This document shows positions 57,930 to 64,000 of a DNA stretch of 64,000 nucleotides, in pieces; within the stretch, counting starts at the first letter, position 1, and each line of letters begins with the position of its first letter. The stretch covers positions 545-64,544 of the forward strand of contig JBARDN010000252.1 of assembly GCA_049795175.1 (NCBI GenBank). The letters run 5' to 3'. Source of the stretch: Candidatus Binataceae bacterium. Its GTDB lineage: Bacteria > Desulfobacterota > Binatia > Binatales > Binataceae. The position numbers were made by a program, and so were the translations under genes. The notes below the pieces were generated by a model. The model worked only from the letters and a program-made list of their open reading frames with translations, did no database searches and was not told the DNA's origin.

Positions 57930-59342
57930 TTACGAACCGGGTTCGCTGAAGGCGCGCGGACGCAGATGAGCCCACGGACGCGCCGCTTCGTACTGCGCTG
58001 CGAGAGTGATCAAGTCGAACTCGCCGGCAGGCCGGCCGACGATCTGAAAGCCAATCGGCAATCCGCCCCGTGAAAAACCCGCGGGCAGAGTGATCGCCGG
58101 CTGCCCGGTCGCGTTGGCTGGATATTCGAACGCAATCCAGGTCCACAATTCGTCCAGATAGCATTCGGGGCGAGAAGGAAACGTTCCGTTACGCATCGGC
58201 GGCATCGTCATCGTGGGCGTCAGCAGCGCATCAAACGGGTCGAGCGCCTGCACGATCGCACGCGCAGTGTTGTGCATCACGGCGACCAGGTTTACGTATT
58301 CCGCCGCCGCTAATTTTTTTCCGTGGTGGTACATCACGCGAACGACCGGATCGACCGCGTCGAGATCTGCGATCGGAATCGCGGCGATTCCCACACAGAT
58401 GAGCGATCGTGCGCAGTCCAGCAGCATCGCGCCAGGATCGAGCGCGATCATCTCTACCCGATGCCCCAGCTCGCGCATCGTGGCGCATGCGCTATCGAAC
58501 GCGGCGGCGACATCGGAATCGACCGGGCCCAGCGTGGTTTCGGCAATCGCGGCGAGTCTGAGCTTTCGCGGCGCGAGGCTCGGCGCCTCGGCGAATGGAC
58601 GCGTAGGCGGTGCCGCCCAATAGGGATCTCCGACAACAGCGCCCGCGAGCACGTCGAGCATCAGCGCGGCGTCGCGCACCGAGCGCGCGATTGGTCCGCG
58701 CGTCGCGAATCCACCCCACGCCTCGCCGCGATGTGGTGCATAGGTGAGCCTCCCGCGCGAGGGTTTGATTCCCACCACGCCGCAGTTCGATGCGGGTCCG
58801 CGGATCGAGCCGCCACCGTCGCTGCCCTCGGCAAGAGGACCAAGGCCGGCGGCGATTTGCGCAGCCGCGCCGCCACTTGAACCTCCGGCGTTGTATTCCG
58901 CGTTCCACGGATTGTGCGCGATTCCACAGAGTCCGCCCTCGGTCGTGGGCCGTCCGCCGAACTCGGGAGTCGCGGTCTTGCCGAGCAAAACCCCGCCGGC
59001 GTCGCGCAGCCGCGTGGCAATAATCGCGTTTTCGGGCGGAATGGAATCGGCAAAATTCTTCGAGCCCAACGTGTTTGGTATCTCCCTGATGGGCGTCAAA
59101 TCTTTCAGTGAGTATGGAACGCCATACAGCGGCAACTCGCGCGCGCTTGCCGATTCGGCCTCAATTCGAGCTACGTCTGCGAGCGCCCGCTCGACGGTGA
59201 CGGTCATGTAGGCGCCAAGATCCGGATTCAGCCGCCCGATCCGCGCGAGAAAAAACTCGGCGACCTCGCGCGGGTGCAGCTCTCCCTTGCGGAACAGATC
59301 GCGCAGCTCCGAGGCCTCGATAAACGGGTCCAGCGAAAGCAT
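57930..59342 (-). CDS. Amidase (amidase-signature family), 470 aa
   Basis: AS signature GGSSGGAAAQIAAGLGPLAEGSDGGGSIRGPAS with Ser-cisSer-Lys catalytic residues. Confidence 0.85.
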   Translation of the reverse strand: MLSLDPFIEASELRDLFRKGELHPREVAEFFLARIGRLNPDLGAYMTVTVERALADVARIEAESASARELPLYGVPYSLKDLTPIREIPNTLGSKNFADSIPPENAIIATRLRDAGGVLLGKTATPEFGGRPTTEGGLCGIAHNPWNAEYNAGGSSGGAAAQIAAGLGPLAEGSDGGGSIRGPASNCGVVGIKPSRGRLTYAPHRGEAWGGFATRGPIARSVRDAALMLDVLAGAVVGDPYWAAPPTRPFAEAPSLAPRKLRLAAIAETTLGPVDSDVAAAFDSACATMRELGHRVEMIALDPGAMLLDCARSLICVGIAAIPIADLDAVDPVVRVMYHHGKKLAAAEYVNLVAVMHNTARAIVQALDPFDALLTPTMTMPPMRNGTFPSRPECYLDELWTWIAFEYPANATGQPAITLPAGFSRGGLPIGFQIVGRPAGEFDLITLAAQYEAARPWAHLRPRAFSEPGS

Positions 59343-59348
59343 CGCGGG

Positions 59349-60110
59349 CTAAACCGCAGTCAGTCCACCGTCCACCGAGATCGATGCGCCAGTCACGAAC
59401 GACGCCGCGTCGCTCAGCAACCACGCCACTGCTTCGCCGATCTCTGCGGCGCGCGCCTTGCGCCCTACCGGCTCGACCTGGTCGAGCCGTCCGGCCAACT
59501 TGGGCTGCTCGGCGATCATGCCGGCCACGAGCGGAGTATCGACGACCCCGGGGCATACGTCGTTTATCCGGATCGTGGCGCGCGCGTACTCGATCGCCGC
59601 GCATTTTGTCAGGCCGACGACGCCGTGCTTGGCAGCCGTGTACGCGGGCATCGAGTGCGATGCGACCAGACCTGCCGCCGAGGCGGTGTTCACGATCGCG
59701 CCGGGTGATTTCTGCGCGAGGAACTGGCGTATCTCGGCGCGCATGCAGAGCCATACGCCTTTGAGATTCACCGCCATGATTCGGTCCCATTCCTCTTCGC
59801 CGTAGTCGGCGGTCTTGTGCTGCGCGCCAGCGATTCCGGCGTTGTTGAAAGCACAATCGAGCCGCCCGAATTTTTTCACCGCAGTCGCGACCAGCGCGTC
59901 GGCGTCGGCCGCGCGCGCAACGTCGCAGCGAACGAACTCGGCCTCGCCGCCCTGCTCGCGAACCATCCGCACCGTTTCGGCGCCGTCGCGCTCGGAAACA
60001 TCGCCGATAGTCACGCGCGCGCCTTCGCGCGCCACGATCAACGCCGTGGCGCGGCCGATTCCTGATCCGCCGCCGGTTATGATCGTGCTCTTGCCAGCCA
60101 ATGAAGGCAT
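59349..60110 (-). CDS. SDR family oxidoreductase
   Basis: TGGGSGIGRA cofactor motif and YTAAKHG catalytic motif. ATG 60110 has RBS GGGAGG upstream. The track start 60146 is TTG. Confidence 0.85.
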   Translation of the reverse strand: MPSLAGKSTIITGGGSGIGRATALIVAREGARVTIGDVSERDGAETVRMVREQGGEAEFVRCDVARAADADALVATAVKKFGRLDCAFNNAGIAGAQHKTADYGEEEWDRIMAVNLKGVWLCMRAEIRQFLAQKSPGAIVNTASAAGLVASHSMPAYTAAKHGVVGLTKCAAIEYARATIRINDVCPGVVDTPLVAGMIAEQPKLAGRLDQVEPVGRKARAAEIGEAVAWLLSDAASFVTGASISVDGGLTAV

Positions 60111-60126
60111 CGCGAACCTCCCTTGC

Positions 60127-61212
60127 TCAGCTACGCCACGGCTCAACCAGAATCTTCGCGTGATGTTCAGGCGAGCTGAGATCCTCGAACGCCTGGGCCA
60201 CCCCTCCGACTCCGACCTTGCCGGTGATCAGCGGATCGGCAGTGATCTTTCCCTGCGCGATATTGAACAGTGTCTCGCCGAATTCCTCGGGCGTGTATCC
60301 GAGCACGAACTGCACGTTCAGTTCTTTGGTAATGCCGAGCATCGGCTCGAACGAGTCGCGTTCCATGCATACGCCAACAACCACGATCCGCGCGCCCGAT
60401 TGCGCACCCGACATGATCGATTCAATTACACCGGGCACGCCCACGCACTCGAAGATCACAGACGGACGCAGCGCCGGCCCCGGCATCCAGGGCTGCACCG
60501 GCGGCGCCTTGGACGGGTCGCTGTAAGCCGCAGCCTGCTTCCAGCTTTCGTACGCGGATTTTTCTTTCGGATCGACGACGATATCGGCGCCCATCTTGAG
60601 CGCGAGATCGCGGCGGCGCGGCGAGAAATCCGCCGCGACAATCGGATGCTGTCCCTTGAGTTTCAGTGCCGCGATCACTGCAAGGCCGACCGGACCGCAT
60701 CCTATGACCAGCGGCGCGTCGTCCGGCGCCAACCGCGCTTTCTGCACCGCGTGAAATCCGACCGCCATCGGCTCGGTCAGTGCGGCGCGCTCGGTCGAAA
60801 GGCCGTTGGGAACTTCGAGCAGCAGCGCCTCAGTCAGGCGCATGAATTCGCCGTAGCCGCCTGGATTATCGTTCGAGTAGCCGACGGTCTCGATTCCGGT
60901 CGAACGAATCAGGACCGGAAAGGAGCAGACTCGCGTCCCGGCCTTGAGGCGTTTTTGCGTGCCGGGTCCGAACTCCGCAACCTCTGCGCAAAATTCGTGG
61001 CCCATCACGATGTCGCGCTTCAGATCCATCACGAACGCGGCGCCCGCGCGTTTGGAGCTCTCGACCATCTTCTCGGCGTGTTTCAGCGCGTGAAGATCCG
61101 ATCCGCAAATTCCACACGCGAGGGTTTTGACGATCACTTCGCCCGGCCCTGGCTCTGGAACCGGAATATCGGCGACGACCAGCTTCTTGTTTCTCATCAC
61201 GGCGGCACGCAT
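60127..61212 (-). CDS. Zinc-dependent alcohol dehydrogenase (MDR superfamily)
   Basis: GICGSDLH zinc/catalytic motif and a GCGPVGLAV Rossmann fold. ATG 61212 (MRAAVM…) is preceded by a perfect RBS AAGGAGAG. The track start 61248 is GTG. Confidence 0.85.
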   Translation of the reverse strand: MRAAVMRNKKLVVADIPVPEPGPGEVIVKTLACGICGSDLHALKHAEKMVESSKRAGAAFVMDLKRDIVMGHEFCAEVAEFGPGTQKRLKAGTRVCSFPVLIRSTGIETVGYSNDNPGGYGEFMRLTEALLLEVPNGLSTERAALTEPMAVGFHAVQKARLAPDDAPLVIGCGPVGLAVIAALKLKGQHPIVAADFSPRRRDLALKMGADIVVDPKEKSAYESWKQAAAYSDPSKAPPVQPWMPGPALRPSVIFECVGVPGVIESIMSGAQSGARIVVVGVCMERDSFEPMLGITKELNVQFVLGYTPEEFGETLFNIAQGKITADPLITGKVGVGGVAQAFEDLSSPEHHAKILVEPWRS

Positions 61213-61370
61213 TTGGATCTCTCCTTGTAAATTCATCTGCAGCCTCACTGTACCAAGGTTGCCCCGGCATTCGTCCAGCGCACGGAAGGCTGACGGGAGG
61301 ACGCGGAGACTCGCATTGTATTTGCATTGCGAATGTAATAATCGTGACTTTCAAGGAGCACCAACGCAAA

Positions 61371-61769
61371 ATGAGTTCAATTGTTCCCAATCAGGAAGCG
61401 TTTCAGGCCTTGATGGCCGACCCCGACCAGAGCCCGGTCGTGATGCTCAACCTGTTGAAGTTCAAGGCGACCGCCGACGGCGCAAGCGGCACCGGCGCCG
61501 ACGCCTACCGGCGCTACGGCGACGCCGCGACAAAGCTGGTCGAAGCGCGCGGTGGCCGCGTGCTATGGATGGGCAAGCCGACGCATGTGCTCGTCGGCGA
61601 ATCAAGCGACGAGTGGGACGCCGTTGCGATTGTCCAGTATCCCAGCCCACGCGCTTTTATCGAGATGGTGACCAGCGCCGAGTACCAGCAGATTCACGGG
61701 CATCGCGAAGCGGGACTCGAGCGCACCGCGCTCATCGCATGCCGGACTCTGACCGAGGTATTGCGATAA
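61371..61769 (+). CDS. DUF1330 domain protein (second paralog)
   Basis: …SPVVMLNLLKFK… and …DAVAIVQYPSPRAFI… share the DUF1330 pattern with the ORF at 10471. ATG 61371 has AAGGAG 12 nt upstream; GTG 61344 is the alternative start. Confidence 0.72.
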   Translation: MSSIVPNQEAFQALMADPDQSPVVMLNLLKFKATADGASGTGADAYRRYGDAATKLVEARGGRVLWMGKPTHVLVGESSDEWDAVAIVQYPSPRAFIEMVTSAEYQQIHGHREAGLERTALIACRTLTEVLR

Positions 61770-61785
61770 CCGTTTGGAGCAACCG

Positions 61786-63363
61786 ATGGGCCGAAAAATT
61801 CTTTTCATCACCACCGATCAGCAACGCTACGACTCACTCGGATGCAACGGCGGAAAAATCGCGCGCACTCCTTGTGCAGACACGCTTGCCGCACAGGGAA
61901 TCAATTACCGGCGCGCGCACAATCAGAACACGGTCTGCATGCCCGCGCGCTCGACGATGATCACCGGACAATACGTGCGCACCCACGGCGTATTCTCCAA
62001 CGGCGTGCCGCTTCCCGCCGACGCTCCGAGCGTCGCGCGATTGCTGCATGACAAGGGCGGGTACCGCACCGCGCTTATCGGCAAAGCGCACTTCGAGCCG
62101 TTGTTCGATCCGAGCGGGCGATGGTTCGAGAACAATATGGCCGACGAGGGCAGCTTTGGACCGTATCGCGGCTTCGAGCACATGGAGATCGCGATGCACG
62201 GTCCGATGGGGCGATGGCACTACACCAAGTGGCTGCGCGACAACTATCCCGACGAGGTCGCCGGATTCGTGACGATGCTGAGCGCCAAAGGCGGCGGCGA
62301 CACCGGCGCTCCGGAAGTAGGTTACAATCCGGTGCCGCGCGGACACTACCACACCGACTGGGTTGCCGATCGTACCGTCGCTTATATTGATCAGCTCGCG
62401 CAGAACGATGACTGGTTCATCTGGATGAGCTTCCCCGATCCGCACCATCCGTGGGATCCGCCGGCCAGCGAAGCGCGGCGCATCAATTGGCGCGATCTGG
62501 ACCTGCCGCCGGGGCATCCGGGCTCGCGCGAAAAGATCGAAAAAATCCTCGCTGGAAAACCGCGCCACTGGCTCGATTGGTACCAGGGGCGCTTCGCCAA
62601 TGACGAAGGCGGCGCGATGACTTTCGTGCCGTGCGAGATGACTCACGACCAGGTGCGCGAAATCAACGCGCTCATTCACGTCAAGAACGAGTTGATCGAT
62701 GAAGCATGCGCGCGCGTGATCAAGCGAATCACCGAGCGCGGATGGGACCGCGATACCGACATCTTCTTCACCACCGATCACGGCGAGCTGCAAGGCGACT
62801 TCGGCCTGATGTTCAAAGGGCCGTATCACGTCGACGCGCTCATGCGGGTGCCGCTCATCTGGCGCCCCGCGCCGTCGGCGGGAGTCGCTCCAGCGGAAAT
62901 CACCGAGCCTGTAGGCCATCTCGATCTTGCGCCGACGTTCTGTGAAATCGCGGGCGTGCCGCGCGCGGATTGGATGCAGGGCGCGGCGCTGCCTGCGCGT
63001 CCGGGATCGGCGCGGCAACGCGTCATCACAGAATGGGACAGCCAGTTCGCGCAAATCGGGATGCACCTGCGGTCGATCTATCGCGACGGATGGATGCTGA
63101 CTGCGTACGAGAAATCCACTCGCGACACAGGCTTCAACCTCGCGCTGCTGTACCAGGCATTGCGACGGCCGAACCCGGTTGCGGATATCCGCTACGAAGG
63201 CACCGAGGGCGAACTGTACAACCTGAGCGACGATCCTCTGCAATGGCAAAATCTCTGGAATGACGCCGGCTACCGAAAGATCAAATCTCACCTTCTGGCC
63301 GACCTGTACGACGATCTGCCGCCCGCGCGCACACCCGCGCTGACGGTTGATGCACCTGCGTGA
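61786..63363 (+). CDS. Sulfatase (formylglycine-dependent arylsulfatase family)
   Basis: C-x-P-x-R FGly motif CMPARS, GKAHF, and N-terminal ILFITTDQQRYD metal-binding region. ATG 61786 with RBS GGAG. The track start 61774 is TTG. Confidence 0.85.
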   Translation: MGRKILFITTDQQRYDSLGCNGGKIARTPCADTLAAQGINYRRAHNQNTVCMPARSTMITGQYVRTHGVFSNGVPLPADAPSVARLLHDKGGYRTALIGKAHFEPLFDPSGRWFENNMADEGSFGPYRGFEHMEIAMHGPMGRWHYTKWLRDNYPDEVAGFVTMLSAKGGGDTGAPEVGYNPVPRGHYHTDWVADRTVAYIDQLAQNDDWFIWMSFPDPHHPWDPPASEARRINWRDLDLPPGHPGSREKIEKILAGKPRHWLDWYQGRFANDEGGAMTFVPCEMTHDQVREINALIHVKNELIDEACARVIKRITERGWDRDTDIFFTTDHGELQGDFGLMFKGPYHVDALMRVPLIWRPAPSAGVAPAEITEPVGHLDLAPTFCEIAGVPRADWMQGAALPARPGSARQRVITEWDSQFAQIGMHLRSIYRDGWMLTAYEKSTRDTGFNLALLYQALRRPNPVADIRYEGTEGELYNLSDDPLQWQNLWNDAGYRKIKSHLLADLYDDLPPARTPALTVDAPA

Positions 63364-63416
63364 CATCGCCACTCGCATCGGTTGGCATCGCGCACGCACG
63401 GCGCTAGATTCGCGCC

Positions 63417-64000
63417 ATGCCCAGACAACGAATCGGCGATATCGAAATCTACTACGAAATTCACGGCGACGGCCCACAGACCCTGATAATGATCCGCGGC
63501 CTCGGTTCGAACCTGACCGCGTGGTACGAGCAGGTTCCTGAATTCGCGCGCCACTTTCGCGTCGTGGTTTTCGACAATCGCGGAGCGGGAAGAACCGACA
63601 AACCCGACGCGCCCTATTCGCTGCGGCAGATGGCCGATGATACCGCCGGTTTGATGGACGCGCTTGGGGTCCGCCGCGCCGCGCTGCTTGGAATCTCGAT
63701 GGGTGGGATGATCGCGCAGGAGTTCGCCCTGGCGCATCAGGCGAAGCTCTCCTGCCTCATTCTGGGATGTACCACCTTTGGCGGCGCCGAAGCAGTGCGC
63801 GCCGCTCCGGAAGTGATGGAGGCGCTGATCGCGGGCGAGAAGGCCAACGCCGAACAGCGGCGCATCCAGCAGCGTTCCGCATTCACCGACAACGCGATCG
63901 AGAATCGCCGCGAGATTATCGACAAGCACGAACGCATCCGCATGCAGTACCTGATTGCGCCATTCGCGTATCAGCGCCAGATCGAAGCCGTCATGAGATA
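63417..64000 (+). CDS. Alpha/beta hydrolase (enol-lactonase-like), N-terminal 194 aa; 3' end truncated by window end
   Basis: Manual translation from ATG 63417: MPRQRIGDIEIYYEIHGDGPQTLIMIRGLGSN…GISMGGMIAQEF (GxSxG). Open to the window end. Absent from the track because no stop lies in the window. Confidence 0.75.
   Translation, partial: MPRQRIGDIEIYYEIHGDGPQTLIMIRGLGSNLTAWYEQVPEFARHFRVVVFDNRGAGRTDKPDAPYSLRQMADDTAGLMDALGVRRAALLGISMGGMIAQEFALAHQAKLSCLILGCTTFGGAEAVRAAPEVMEALIAGEKANAEQRRIQQRSAFTDNAIENRREIIDKHERIRMQYLIAPFAYQRQIEAVMR

Noticed and set aside
59817-61230. 471-aa plus-strand ORF antisense to the SDR and Zn-ADH genes
   Set aside because: Low-complexity R/P/A-rich translation. The minus-strand genes carry classical SDR and MDR motifs with good RBSs.
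61834-63477. 547-aa minus-strand ORF opposite the sulfatase gene
   Set aside because: The plus-strand frame has the CxPxR formylglycine motif and sulfatase architecture. The minus frame is an Arg-rich shadow.

Overview
This is a 64-kb, densely coding, high-GC (by eye roughly 63-66%) bacterial chromosomal window. I found no rRNA, tRNA, CRISPR array, transposase or integrase. The six-frame track was computed with ATG, GTG and TTG starts and a 60-aa minimum, so many listed starts are TTG/GTG artefacts. I re-derived starts from RBS context where possible, and one real gene shorter than 60 aa was absent from the track.

Content from left to right:
- Two divergently transcribed paralogous P-type cation ATPases. 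The left copy is truncated by the window edge and has a palindrome in the shared promoter region.
- A Baeyer-Villiger monooxygenase plus SnoaL-like operon on the minus strand.
- DUF4286 and DUF72 genes.
- A TetR regulator divergent from a 10-gene putative catabolic operon: DhlA-like haloalkane dehalogenase, DUF1330, membrane protein, aldo/keto reductase, two amidohydrolase-2 proteins, acyl-CoA dehydrogenase, LLM flavin oxidoreductase, MaoC dehydratase, CitE-like lyase.
- A lower-GC metal-stress module: an unannotated SmtA/BmtA-type metallothionein, a DUF4142 protein, and a divergent PA2169-family four-helix-bundle protein.
- NHEJ LigD split into two genes (PE+Pol and Lig), then DUF2252 and RecQ.
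- A frameshifted GST.
- An ArsR/SmtB regulator plus SRPBCC pair with a perfect 24-bp palindromic operator.
- cobQ and an alpha/beta hydrolase.
- A 4-gene Mla/Mce-type ABC system whose MlaE permease carries an N-terminal STAS domain.
- A VOC protein.
- An arsR-arsI/cadI-arsC-acr3 arsenic operon with a palindromic operator.
- An RND/MFP efflux pair.
- A WYL-domain regulator sitting between the efflux pair and a translationally coupled recC-recB-recD operon.
- gnd-zwf-glk.
- An ADH-SDR-amidase-GPH transporter operon on the minus strand.
- A second DUF1330 paralog, a sulfatase, and a partial alpha/beta hydrolase at the window end.

Most interesting: the missed metallothionein ORF, the TetR-controlled dehalogenase-led operon, the WYL regulator adjacent to recCBD, and the split LigD with no Ku in the window. 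All family assignments come from motif recognition by eye and need HMM or BLAST confirmation.
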